From the NCBI GenBank assembly GCA_017499595.2, contig CM039002.1, positions 1,488,001 through 1,552,000 on the forward strand: 64,000 nt of DNA, read 5' to 3'. The stretch's first letter is position 1, and the number at the start of each line of letters is the position of its first letter. Both the position numbers and the translations under genes were made by a program. The notes below the pieces were generated by a model. It was not told the DNA's origin. It searched no databases and saw nothing but the letters and a program-made list of their open reading frames with translations. This DNA comes from Psilocybe cubensis. Its lineage: Eukaryota. Positions 13,337 to 26,416 of this stretch are shown one piece after another.

Positions 13337-15631
13337 TCACCTCCGTGGGCTCGACTCGTCAGGTTCCCCTTCGCCAATCGGGTGGTATGAATAGTGTTCC
13401 GATGATGGTCGTGTCCTATAATCCTCTCCGATCACGGGAGTGTGTACTAGTGCAATGTCTTCCTCATCCGATGATATCCGGCTGAGGAAGAAGACCACTG
13501 TATATAGAATGCAAGCAGCGAGAACAAATATCGCCTCCGGGAAGTTGGCCACGCTCGACGCATATGTCAGAGCGTAGATATATGGCTTAATCAAGAAATA
13601 GTTCAGAGAAATTATACAATCGTAGACAAGTATCGTACTCACCGACACTATGTGCGCAATCGCAGCTAGTACGCCTAATGCTCCGAACAAAGCGCCAACC
13701 TCTGATCCTCTTCCACATGCATGAAGACAGACCGCTCCTAGAGAGTGTAAGGCGGGATTTCCGCCTGAGGTAAAGGATGATAGGCATGAAAGTGCCACAA
13801 AGACAGATTGTGACCCATCTCTTGTAATCGCAACAAGACTGTCTGCCAGACCATCAACTGCAAGGGATATAGAAGCCAAATAACGGTCAAAGTTCAGTTC
13901 GGCTGCAATATCGTGAGCGTTGGGTGTGCTTGGGGATATACTGGTCGATTTTGGTTTGAAATACGATAGGACAACTTGTGATTTGACGATCAGTGATGAA
14001 TAATAGAGTAGAGGCAAAAAACCTTACTAGGAAGGAACAATAATAAATTGATGGCTCTGGATATCCAGAGTGTCGACATATAGTAGCCGAGCTATTTAAA
14101 CGTTAGGTACAAGTTATGTTTTAAACCTTACAACATACCTCGGCAGTAGTCCAAGAGTAGACGTGTTGTGCGTATAAATATTTAGCTGAATAGACACCCT
14201 AAGAAGTGAACAATAAATAACCTTCTTTTGATGTTCATAAAGAGAAAATACACGCTTACTGTGGATACAATATATAAGAACAAGGTCAACCCAACGAGCG
14301 TCATATTGTAGTTGTATCTGGATGAACCCGGAACTCGACGTGGTGTGAACATGGAGATAGGCAATAGCAGTGCGGAAATAAAGTCGCGGAATAGACGTCC
14401 GACAACCAGTATAGGGGATGACTTGAAGGACACATCGGATTGTGCCTGAGATGCAGGCGCTTGGGCAGTGGATTGTCGTGACTCAGGACAGATGAAAATC
14501 ACATAAAGCAGGGTGAAGGTAATAAGGCCAATACTTCCGAAGAAGAATCCATCGTTATAGCCTTTAGGTGGGAAGAATAGACCTCCGAGCTGTACCATAG
14601 CATTAGGGAAAATATGTAAAATGCTCTGGACGAAACATACCCAAGGTCCGATAGCAAGCCCAACGAAAACCATTCCTTGAACGGTAGAAAATATTTTAGA
14701 CCTACAAGCTGTCAGGACTTTGCTCTCCGCACGTAATTCAGTGTGCATACCGAGACCCATGTCGTGTGCAATCTGAGATATAACTGCAAAGGAATTAGAA
14801 TCGGGTTACAGCTTGAAATGGACAATATTTACGCATGAACGACACCGTTGAAGGTGGAAAGACCGCCTACAAAACCTTCCACCACGGGACCCACGAGGAT
14901 AAGGGTTTCCGCATGACGCCCGAAAAACGAGTTAGGCCTCATCACCAAAACGAAAACGCCCTCCCTAAAACAACTGGTCAGTCGCGTTAAGAGGAGGTAA
15001 GAAAATATATTACATGATCAGAGCTCCAAGTAGAAAAGTTGATAGGATAAGTTTGCGTCCATGGGTATCTCCAAGCCTACTCCAAAACCCAGTGGATATC
15101 GCGCTGAGAACGCTCATAGTCGTTACGACGGCTATTCAAACTCTTTATAGGAGTCTGCAAAAGACTTTCAAAAAATTATCTGACCTGCTTGTATTTTAGC
15201 GGCCCGAGCCTGCACCTCAGCATCACCACAGCCGTCCAAGAACGACGCGAGAGGCGACGTGGCTCCTGGAGAGTCTTTGCTCAACGCCCTACAAGCTATG
15301 GCTTTATAGACTTGTATACGAGGTGACATGGTCACTCCTCGCTGTGCAACACATTTAATACCCAAGAGAATTTTATAACGTAAATTCCTCACCGACATGG
15401 ACATAATCAGCACAACAGGGATTAACCTATGGAAAACATGACGTTGAGTTTCCAACTGAGACAGCAGTCAAGCGCAGACTCTAACCAAAAAGGATGCGCA
15501 TCCCAAGAAAAACGAGGGAGGTGCAGCTTCGTTCGCCATCGTGACCGCCGCATGCGAGGTGTGGTTGTACCTAACAGTGAATCTTCTTCGGACGAGCCTT
15601 CGCCGCCCTGCATTGAACGTGTCATTGCCAT
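13337..15631 (-). CDS. Major facilitator superfamily transporter (SLC46A/TetA-like)
   Basis: Multi-exon and hydrophobic; TGFWSRLGDTHGRK (MFS motif A-like), GPVVEGFVGG, AYISDCT, RSKIFSTVQG, RGSEVGALFGALG. Confidence 0.82.
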
Positions 15632-16525
15632 AATTCCGCGGTCACGAGTGAAAATGCCTCGATGAGACTGGTATCCTCAAAACACACAGTGGGGATGAAC
15701 AGAAGAGACCTGGTGTTCTGGTAGTTTATATGTCGTCCAGAGCGTGTAAAATGCTCGTGGGGCAGTGTCCGTGCTACTGGGCCGCTGGGAGACGGGAGGC
15801 GAGTAGGACTGTCAGTGATTCCCCACCTGTCATTTATCAGATAGCTACATCAGCCGCGGATCTAAATATGCCATCAGTACGTCACGTGAATTACTATATT
15901 TCTTATCAGATAAGTGCGGCCCGCATCTTTGGAAGCCATTTGCCCCTGTCATGTTCCCGGGTAATCTTGATTACCGTTCCATCCTCTGCTGACACTGCCA
16001 ATCGCTCCCATGAAGTTTTCAGAGCTTACACACCGTTGACCTCCATTCCATTGTGACCTTGTGCAATTTGCCACGGCTATTCATACAAACTGGTGTAAGG
16101 AACCACAAACTCGTACCATTCAGAGAAATGATGCCCTTGAACTGAGTAGTCAGGAGATTCGCGTATGTCCGAATTCCGGAATGCCAATGCACACAAGCTA
16201 AGCCCAGCCTCGCTCTACCCGGTCTAGTCCCCAGGTGTGGACTGTCATACAGTGTTTATGAATCTCTACTGACTCACCTCGATCTCATGTCGAGACTCGA
16301 GTGTCACTACTTTTCATGGCAATATACAGTAAAAGCTCTAGTAGAATACAACCCACGATATTTTTGACTCGATCACTTCATTATTAAAAACGCGCTAGAA
16401 CTCCGTTGAAAAATTAAAAAGATTTATAATGATAATAATAGGTGTGGTAATGATCTGTGTGTGTTTTCGTCCGAGTATGTGTAATAGTGATGTTACAAAA
16501 GTTCCCTCCATGGCCGTGAATCAGA

Positions 16526-17630
16526 TTACAGAACAACAGCGCCCACAAGACCGAGAGCACCGGCGACGAGGTAACCCCCAAGGCTGAAGCGGGACTCAGC
16601 TCCAGAGGCGTTGGTCCCTGTTGTCGAAGATGAAGAGGATCCCGATCCCGCGGGGGCGGCGGCGCTTGTGGTCCTCTGCGCCGTAACAGACACTGGGGAT
16701 GGGGTAGAAGTAGAGCGGCTAAAAAGAAGACGTTAAGTGAGCAGCAACATATCAAAATAGTTAAAACGTACATGGTAGCTGCAGATGGAGCACCTGCAGC
16801 AGGACGACTCGTGGAGGTAGAACCCGCTGCGACTGATGAAGATCCTCCACTGGCGGCAGACGGGTTCGCGTCAGTAGCCTGGGTAGTAGGTGAAGCCCCC
16901 GAGTTTCCACCCGCTGCGTTTCCACTATTCCCAGAGTTTCCAGAACCACCACCCAAGCAGCTAAAAATGTGTATGTTAAGCGCATACAAAAGTTGAATAG
17001 ACTTTAAGACCAACCTTGAGTCATTGTTGGGCTGAATGGTGACGGAGTCCGTGTAGGATGTAGCTCCAGTGCTGTCCTTGAGCGCGAAAGTCCTATCAAG
17101 AAGAAGAAAGTTTCAGAAAGTGTTCCTAATCCATAATCAAACGCGCATACACTTGGGTGCCAGCCTTGATGTCGACAATCCAGGTGATGCTTGTGCCGCT
17201 CTGGGTGTCAAAGGTTTTAAGCTGTTGTCCCCATTAGTCAGATATGTTGCCTAATGAGGAAATATGATGGAGGAAAAACATACAGGCGAGGCACTGGGCT
17301 GACCGCCTTGGGGAATAAAGTTAGTACCTTGTGGAGAACATCCTTCACGGGTAAAAAACCATACCAGGAATGATGGTCAGATAGTAGGGTGCGAGACCGT
17401 CGCTCCAGGTGATCAGCTGGGGTTCTATGAGGGGTTGGTTAGCCACCTCGCTTAGGGGAATGACGAAAGAAGACGCGTACGACACTGAACCACGCTGGTT
17501 CTGGTAGATAAATGCAAGGTTAGTACCACGCCCGGTCCAAACATGTGTCGACGTACGGAGTATTGATGGTCATGGCCATGATGCTGGGAATGACAGTGAC
17601 GATGGCAGCGAGAGTAGAGAAGTACTTCAT
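16526..17630 (-). CDS. Secreted Ser/Thr/Gly-rich, probably GPI-anchored cell-wall protein
   Basis: Signal peptide MKYFSTLAAIVTVIPSIMA; TINTP|TSVVQC|QPQLITWSDGLAPYYL; TWIVDI; FALKDSTG; S/T/G-rich linker; hydrophobic tail SLGGYLVAGALGLVGAVVL*. Confidence 0.82.
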
Positions 17631-17954
17631 CTTAGAAAATATGAAAGGCGGGACTGAAAAAAGGGCTAGAAGATTGTCGAATGAAAGTAGAGAAAGAGAG
17701 GAATGAGGAAAGTAAAACGAAACGAAAAGAGAGACTATATACGTCCCCCGGGGGTCAGCCGCTTTCAATGTCCGCCGCATCCGCGATCGCAAGTCCCATT
17801 CCAAAGCCGCCTTGCCACACGATTTGTCAGGTATCTCGATAAAGCTACGCGACATTAACTAAACTGGTCCAGATGGGCCAACGATGATCAGCTGGGAGAA
17901 GACTTCACCCACGTCGTCGTCAGCCATCTCGGTCAGCCACCATGAGACTGAGCT

Positions 17955-20900
17955 CTACAACCCGATCCAACTACTCCGTCCACCTGCGTTATGCAGACTG
18001 GTATGACCGATCTTGACCATCTCGTACTCTACCCCGCCGGGACCGGTGTCACTGTTTTGCATCCTCGTCATATCCAAGAATGGAGGTTCTTTCGAGTCCA
18101 CGAGAGGGCTAGGAGCACCCATTGATGAGAATGACGGCGAGCTCACGGAAAAGCTTCCGCTGAAAGGTTGGGTCATCAATAGTTCTTCGCTACCGCCTGC
18201 AGACGTAGGGACGGAGATGAACGATTCTGCATGCCATTCGTACCACACTTTCCTATCATTGGTGATGCGCCATATCGACACTTGGAGCTCCGAACTGCTG
18301 GGCAAGTAAAGTGGCTCCTAACAGTAAAAGTCAGTGTTTATCTCCTTCGCATAGGTTCTGAATGCTGACCCTGAATGGGAAGAACAACGGGAACCAGCTG
18401 AGCATATCTTTGGATACCTGATCCTTGCGATGAGGGTGTATGCTAATTCCAATATTTCCGTAGAGCACCTGAAAATCCACTCAGAAGTCAAATACAGCAA
18501 TAAATGGGCGCATATACTCACCGCCTCGAAATAACCTGCAAGGCCACTGTGATTCTCGATGTCATTAAAGCTCTACTTCCAGGTTCTCAGTCGCACTTAC
18601 TGCAAAATTCCGGCGTGAGGAATATAAAAACGCAATTTTGCCGAACGCGCGTTATGGCTGTTCGTAAAAGGGAGACCTATCCGCAGCATATCAAACTCTG
18701 GCCATGATTACTACCCACATATATGCGTACCTTGGGCATCGAGTACTGCTTCTCGTCTGGGATGTTCAAATTCCCAGCATTCCTGCACTTGAGGGCCACA
18801 ACGTCCATCGACAGATGCTTTTGTCCCGCTGAGGATGTTGACGGCCTGGAACATGACCACATAGGGTGTCTCCAGGCCTTTTTCCGTTTTAGTAGACCGC
18901 GCTTCGTTGTACAATTTGGAAGACGACAACGGGGCTAGATGCGCAGTATAAGATGATGGTATAGATATTCCAGATGCTACAACACATATCAGCATGTATA
19001 CTCAAGAAAAAAGTTAGCGGCGCGTACGTTTCAAAAATCGCATTGCGCCATCGAGACACTCCGGACTGAGCTCGTTATCACCAAACGAGCCTAGGAGTTC
19101 GCTAACCAGGATGTCTGCTTTCTCAGGAACATCGATGATTCGCATGTCTCCGAAAATCAGCTGGATTTTATTGCCCCATTCTTTTCGTTTTCTCTCCTGG
19201 AGTCTATTCTTTGTCCGTTAGAATGCAACTCGTGTTATCGGGGTGGACATGCGTACGTGACGAAAGCATTTGGGTTCTTTTCGACGGCTATGACCGTAGC
19301 CTGGCGCTTTGCCCGTTCGAGAGCCTTGAAACACCTAGCAACAAGGGGTCCACGGCCAGCACCAGCAACACAGACAACACTAGGAAATTATCAACAACTG
19401 CAAGCGCAGCTAAACGGCAGTACCCACAGTTTCTCATCAACGGCATGGTCCAGGAATGCCCGATACATAGCCTACACCAAAAAATGAACCAACAACACAA
19501 AACGTAAGAGAAAACCGAATACCTCTTCGTACTGCCTATATTTCACAGGATCCTGTTCGAACGTCTGGTATGTGATACTAGGCAAATTATCCATCAAAGG
19601 CTTAACCAAAAACAATCAGCTCCGAGCGAAGCTGAAAATGGTAGAGAGCAAACAGACCTGCAATGGAGCCTGCAGGTAGTCTTGGTAGCCCTGTGCAAAA
19701 TTTTCGACGGTTCCAGCCTTCTTCGCCGCTTGAACAGCGGGACTGGTTTTTTCCAAATGCCTCACGTACTGCGAATACGCATTTTCGCCGCCGCGCGTAT
19801 GGCGACCTTCTGACACTTCTGAGAGGATAATCATAGGCCGGTGCTATATACGAAGAAAATAAGAGAAAGGCGAGGAAGTTGGGGGATATATGTTAACTAG
19901 ATCGTCATGAATGGGTGAAGGCAAGAGAAGGAACTTGCTATCATGCTATCGCGGATAAATTCCTGCGTCGGTTTTGGGAGGACTGGGTATCCTTTCACGT
20001 TCGCGATGAACGTGGACGATGGTAGGAAAAGGTGGCGCACGGATTCGGCTGCCCATTTGCTGAGCACACCCAGGGTCGTCGGGAGGGCAGGAGAGAGATC
20101 GAGAGCTGAAGGGATCAGTAAATTAAAAAATGCCTCATTTGTATCTGATGATAACCTCACTCAACGTCAGCTTCATGTTATAATCACACATGCTTCTGAT
20201 GAGATCCCACATCTCCCACGTTGCATTGAGAGACCCTCCGGAGTTGCTGGCGGGGAGCTGCTCAATCTCTGATATGACCAGCGACGGAGCACCCGACGAA
20301 GACGATCCAGGGGACGACAACAACATTGGGGAGCTCGGGCGCAGGATGGGTGACGCGGGCGATGGTGGATGGAAGACGGATGGATTGTAGATGGGGAGCC
20401 GGATGGAGATGTAGAGGAACGGGAACTTGACGAGGCATGAGTGCACGATGCGCGCGTAGGACGCGACGTGATCGCGGTTCCGCGGTGCAGGGAGGATGGC
20501 GGTGTGAATGTTGAGGTATGATGCGTACGCTAGTTCCTGCTTAAGCGCCTGAACGGATGTAAGTAACAGTGATGCGAGTGTGCGGGAGAACGCAATCTGG
20601 ACGTACGATTTCAGCATCGTGGCGCACCCAGTCGTCGGCAGCGTCGAGTTCGAGCCATTCGGATATCATGGCGATGACACCCTCGGCCTCATCTAGTCGG
20701 AGGAATCAATATGATCTATACGACAAATCCCAATCACAGAGACGCACCCAATCTTGTGATCATCACCTCGTCCCTCTCAAAGGCCGGATTAAGTCTCCAG
20801 GCTTCGGCTGCCTTGCTGGCCTCCTCCTTGTCCTGCTCGCTGCTCTCATTGGGGAGCAAACACATCTTGGCCCAGCGTGCCCGCCACTTGTCAGTCGTCA

Positions 20901-21099
20901 GAGGCATGCACACGCGCTTGTACCCCTTCTGCTTTGCCTCGTCGATGACGCGCAGCACGGGTGTTTCGTAGTCGTAGTCGTCATCGCGGTCACGGGTGCG
21001 CGAGGGCTGGGTGTGTGCGTGTGCCTTTGCGATGTCGGTGAGAGTGAGAAAGGTGGACAAAGTCGCACAGTGGTCCCAGTCCGAATCCTGATAGTCCAT
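17955..21099 (-). CDS. PRMT5: Protein arginine N-methyltransferase 5 (Skb1/Hsl7)
   Basis: TIM-barrel region [95 protein letters not shown]. Confidence 0.93.
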
Positions 21100-21912
21100 G
21101 GTTTCCGGTGTACAGCAAGCCGAGGTATGTCCGTGTGTGTGGTATGTATAGATTAGAGTTGGAGTGCTCGAGGTGTCCGAAAGGCAAGGAGTGGATGGAG
21201 CGGATGCAAGGCGAGTAATTGTTTTTTAAAAAAGGCAAGAACCTCACGCTGTTGTTTGTTCCAGACAAACAACGCGTTAATTAAGCAGCCGAAGCACTAC
21301 GCGCTTCCTATATATGCGGTTTCTGAATAGAATAATCCTTGCCTGACCGTATGAAAGCTAGACATATTTGCATGAATTTCGTCGACGTGGCGAATGCATC
21401 CTCAGCGCGTTCGCTGTGTCGCTGGCAAATGCACGGAAACATATTCTTAAAAAAGGCATTCCAGTGACCTAAAGGAGTTTGCGGGTGATGACAGTGGCGT
21501 TCCGACAACAAAAGCGACAGCTCAGTATATGTGTACAGAGGCCGCAAAGCGCACGCCCGTGTTTCTAGGAGAAACATAAGGACTCGTATATACCAAGTAC
21601 CGGATTGCTTCTCTCCTTCGATCATGTCTCTAGGCAACATTCCTTCTATGCTATAGATATAAACTTCGGTCCGCTAATTGACAACGGACACGATGCGGGA
21701 AATCGCAATTGTACCCTGAGCTGATGATGATCGAAACCTTGCCCTGCTGATCACGATCAATCATCGACAACTTCTGATCATGATCATGAAATCAGATCGA
21801 AATTGGCATTAGTACCGCGTTTACTTTAACAATCATATCATACAAGATAATTGACGTCAACTAGATTTTCGCGATAATGAATTTTTTTTTCTTAAATTAT
21901 CAGAGCGCGCAC

Positions 21913-22862
21913 CTAGGCAGTGCTGTCGTCGTTTCGCGGGCGCTTTGACGGGGTGCCGTCCTGGGCACTACCGTCTCTCGGATGAGTGGTATCGCTGCTA
22001 TCGACGGTCATCTCGTAGCCAGTGACTACTCCTTCCAAAACGGTCCTGCTAACGAGCTGGCGAAGTTCTTCTTCAGGATCCTGTCCCTCGGCTTCGGCCC
22101 GTTCCATAATTTCCTGTACAGAAGACATCAGTGCAGATGTGAGCTGTTCGGAAGCAAGATTTTGTGAATGCTGAGAGGGCGAGGTCGTGGCAGCTGTGGA
22201 TGGGAGGACGGCTGGGTCGAGCGTGGACCGCAGATAGTCGGCGATTTGGGGAAACTCTTCTGTGAGATGCTCGATTGGCTTTTGTGAAACGAGATGAGGT
22301 TGGGGGGTATTTGAATAGAGGAGGAAACTCACGGAGACACCCTCTAGATTGTGACGGTCCACGATTGCACCATGTTGAACGAGGAAGCGGGCAGTTTCGA
22401 GATTTTCTACGGTATAGAGAGGAGTATCACCATCACTGTCTGTGATATTGATGTCTCCCCCTGGAGGAAGATGAGGGAGCCGGAACGGGGGGATATGAAT
22501 AGAGAGACAGACCGCACGACAATAGATACTCCAACACATGTATCTGGCCGTAGGAAGCGGCAGCATGCCTTGTGAACAGGGTGAACGAGCTGAAACATGA
22601 GGCAAAAAGCAAAGAGGTACATTGGAGTGTAGGTGTAGGGATCCGGCATGTTGGGAGAGAGGGCTAAATGGAGATTTTGATTATCGATTTGTCGAGCATA
22701 CTCCGGAGGACAGAAGAAGACTTGCAGTGCTGCTCGATGAGCACCTAGAGGGACATCGATGATTGAGAGAGACAGAAGGGGGAGAAGAGAAAGACGAACC
22801 CTAACTCTATCGAGGTCGCCATCACCTGCGGCGACCCAAATGTTCTTTGGGAGGACAGCCAT
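21913..22862 (-). CDS. Small ankyrin-repeat protein (yeast YCR051W-like)
   Basis: MAVLPKNIWVAAGDGDLDRVR, PDPYTYTPM|HAAASYG, GGDINITDSDGDTPLYTVE, ARFLVQHGA. Confidence 0.85.
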
Positions 22863-23106
22863 AGTCCGAAGAAACGACGATGGAGGAAGAAAAGAAAGCA
22901 GCGGATCTGACGGATCTGAAGACGATCGGAGGCGGTGACTGTAAAGGGAATTCATTATGGCATGGGTGATGGACAAAGCGGGCTGAAGATGACCAAATGC
23001 GGCATACCAGACTCGCTCCATTTTGTCTCAGCTCTCTTTCTCTCTCCGCCCTTGATCGATTCCTCCGCCTCGATCCAGCGGCAGAGTGATCTCTCTCCCC
23101 ACCACC

Positions 23107-25667
23107 ATGAGCTATCTTATCAATTCGTTTGACCCGCCTCACCACCCGCTCTCCCAGTCCGCTCATTCCGCCCGCCCTCCCTCCCGCCCCGCCCCCATGG
23201 ACCCAGACTCCTTCGCCCAGTCCCAGTCCCAGTCCCAGTCCCAGTCCCAGTCCCAGTCCCAGTCCCAGTCCCAGTCCCACTCCTACCCGCCCCACCATTC
23301 TCTCCCAAAGGTCGGCCAGACCCGCTGTTGTAAGTCTCTTCCCCTCTCCTCCTCCCCGACTACTCCCGCTCACTCTCCCTCCAGACTGGGCTATGCTCTC
23401 CTCAGACCTCCAGTTCATCTATCTGGACCCTGTCCTCGCAAGTCATCTAGAGGACCAGGCAGAGCTTCTCGTCGGCAAGTCCCTTCTCTCTTTCGTCCAT
23501 CCCGACGAGCAGGCCTCCGCCAAGCAGGACCTCGGCGGTGTCTTGGAAAGCCGCACTCTCCATGGCTCTGTCACCCGGTACGCGTCCTTTCTTTCCCCCC
23601 CTTTTCTTCTTCTCTGTCTTACCTTTTTCCAGTGTCCGCTTTTCGCGTCTCTCCAAAGTCCGCAGGCAGCTCGGCTACGATGGTCCTGGTCCAAGCTGGT
23701 CAGAGGCTGACAAAATCGCCCTCGACAAGGATTACATGGCCGTAGATATCGTCATAAACTGGGCCGCAGAGGGTCTCGTCTTGTGTTTCATTCACGCAAC
23801 AGTTGACCTTACTCCAGACGACAACAACGAGAATCAAAAGACAGAATGGACAAATTGGTGTGGAACTCCCTTCATGGACCAGGAACAGGTCCAGCTTTTG
23901 TACCGTCGTCTTCTAGTCTGTATCTCCCAGACAGGTTCCATGTCCAGGGTCTTTCAGATTCTCTCAAATCGTCAGGATAGGCCCGTGCTCATGAGCTGGC
24001 CTCCTGACCCCACTCAAGGTCCTACCAGCAGGGATTTTGCCAAACTCGTGGAAAACGTTCAAATCGGGAGCGGAGTTCCCGGCGGAAACGATGCTAAAAC
24101 GAGTTGCACACGCAGGTATAAAGCATTGCAGGACATGCCACCACTCATTGGGGGTGAGGTAGAAAGCATATTCATTCCGCATGGTAAGCTGACCTTTTTC
24201 GGACAATTCTTAAAACACCTTTTCTCGGTATAACTAGACCAACCGGATTTTTACAGGCACTATAATTTTTGCCTGCCACAAGGTCAATTCGACCCCTCGC
24301 AGCAGCGCAAATCCAACCGCTCCTATGCAGCAGATCGATTATGCCCCAACGAGCTATGCTCCCCACCAAAATGCCTCGCTTTACGAGTCTCCAAATTCTT
24401 ATGCTCTGCCCCCTCTTTCTACCTCTACACCAGCATATAGCAATAATTATATCACTCAGCAAGGGCCTATGGTTCAGCCTTCGTATTCTCCACAACGTTG
24501 GTCTCAAGGTTCGTTTTTTGTTCCTATCTCTCCCATCGCATTTTGCCAACCAACCATACAGCACCACTCCCACCTACTGTCAGCAATTTGAGATCAGGAT
24601 CCTATTCTACCACTTCACCCACGCAATCTCCCCAGACGTGGACGTCTGGACCCCCATCAGCGACGTATTTGGATACTCAATCTACCCCTTCATTCAATCG
24701 GGCCCCATCTCCCAGCTACACTTACTCTGCGACCGCAGGCAATAGTGCAGCGACGTCACCGACCTCTGATGTCGTACCTCCTCCGAGGCGCCGAATTAGT
24801 CCTGGTTCTTCTCGAGATCACACCGGGGCCGTTCGGGCCACTGGGAACCGACCTACTGGCGTTCAAAAGTGTTCTAGCTGTAAGGCAACTTCCAGCCCAG
24901 AATGGCGAAAGGGTCCAAGTGGAAAAAAGGAACTCTGCAACGCGTAAGCAATCACCCTTAATCTATAGTTCAATCTGCACAATCTAACGTGGCGTGTTCC
25001 TTTTAGATGTGGCTTGAGATATGCACGTTCACGCGCCAAGAAGGAGGGACCCAATCAGGCACAACAGCGACGCCGAAAAGAAAAGGGAAATTCAACAAAG
25101 CGAGATTCGACGACCCCTCCAACGACCACTCCTGCATACTCGGCCATCCGTCGTAATTACGCAGACAGCTCGTTCTCTACCTCGTCCGCGGGGTCTGCTT
25201 CAGGTAGCGATATCTACCCCCACTCGGGACATCATGTTATTGATAACATGACCCCTTCTCCTTCTCCGCCGGCGGCTTCCAACAACATGAATTTCGTACA
25301 TTATACAGGTGGTTCAAACGGGTCTGATTCCCGACCATCGTACACCGGCACGGGCAGCACATTTTATTCTGTCCCTTCCCCGCTCTCCAACACACACGTG
25401 TTGCAACAGCAACAGCAGTCTACGTCGCATATGACCACGACGCAGTTGCCGCCTCTCGGGCAGCTTTCTTCGTACGCGGATCGGTTGTCGCCTATGATTC
25501 CTTCCGCGTCCCCGTTGTCACATTCCTCACTCGGCTCATCCTTGGCGCCTGTGGCTTCCTATGAGCGCGAGAGGGATCGCGAGAGGGACTATCGCGAGAT
25601 GCCTCCGACGCCACTATCCGCTGAACCTCGACTGGTTAATAGGAGGTCGATCGTGTCTCAACCGTGA
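23107..25667 (+). CDS. GATA zinc-finger transcription factor with N-terminal PAS-like domain
   Basis: PAS-like FIYLDP...LVGKSLLSFVHPDE; C-terminal CSSCKATSSPEWRKGPSGKKELCNA|CGLRYAR (C-X2-C-X18-C-X2-C) followed by a basic tail. Confidence 0.88.
23216..23275 (+). repeat. Coding hexanucleotide microsatellite (CCCAGT)10 encoding a Gln-Ser repeat
   Basis: Ten perfect CCCAGT units in exon 1 of the GATA gene. Confidence 0.97.
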
Positions 25668-26416
25668 TATGATGCACTTTTTCCAAGCAGGCACTTCGGG
25701 TTCAAAAATCATATCCACAGAGCAGCACCCGAACAGAAAATTTTAATTTTTTTTTCGATTCTTTCCTTCGTTCTTTCGTCTTCTCTTCCGCGCATTTGTT
25801 CTGTTCTTTGCATCCGCTTTAGTACTCGTGTCTCCTCGATGTCACTCCTCTATACGTGTAACCTTTCTCTCTCTCTTTTTCATTCATGATCGCATGCCCA
25901 TTACATATTAAAATAACAGCAACCTCTTTATTATTATACACTCTTCCCCTTTTAACACACCCAGTCATCCTCTGGTTCGCTTATGGACGATACATTAGTA
26001 TAAGTTTACTTTATATTTCTCCTGGCCTTTGCGCAATACGTACCCTACCCTACTCTAGTCGGCTTACTGGTTAAATCATCTCTCACCACCATCCTCTTGT
26101 ATCCATCATCGACCTCGTTTTGTATCCGGTATTAATGTCATTTTTGCGTGTTTCCTTTTTGTTTGAAAATACCATACTTACCGCTCAGCGACTCAGGGCG
26201 TCGCCGTGAATGTCCGCTTCGAAACCAATATCTGTGACGTCATTTTGCAACCTTATTAGGGGTGCCATTGCGACACAGCCACCCACTCACGGTTGTCTCG
26301 ACGCGACAGCCCAATCAGTGAGTCATAGACTGACAATCAATTGCGTTTCTTTCAAGTTCAACCACTGAGACCCCCCCTATCTGCCTGTCCATTTGAATCA
26401 GCAGGAGAAAGAGAAC

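Noticed and set aside
22822-23710. ORFs with (GL)n, (GT)n and (PS)n repeats
   Set aside because: They are alternative frames and the antisense strand of the (CCCAGT)10 repeat. Only the QS frame has an ATG and splices into the PAS exon.
23107-25667. Naming the PAS+GATA gene wc-2
   Set aside because: The architecture is similar, but orthology cannot be shown without a phylogeny.
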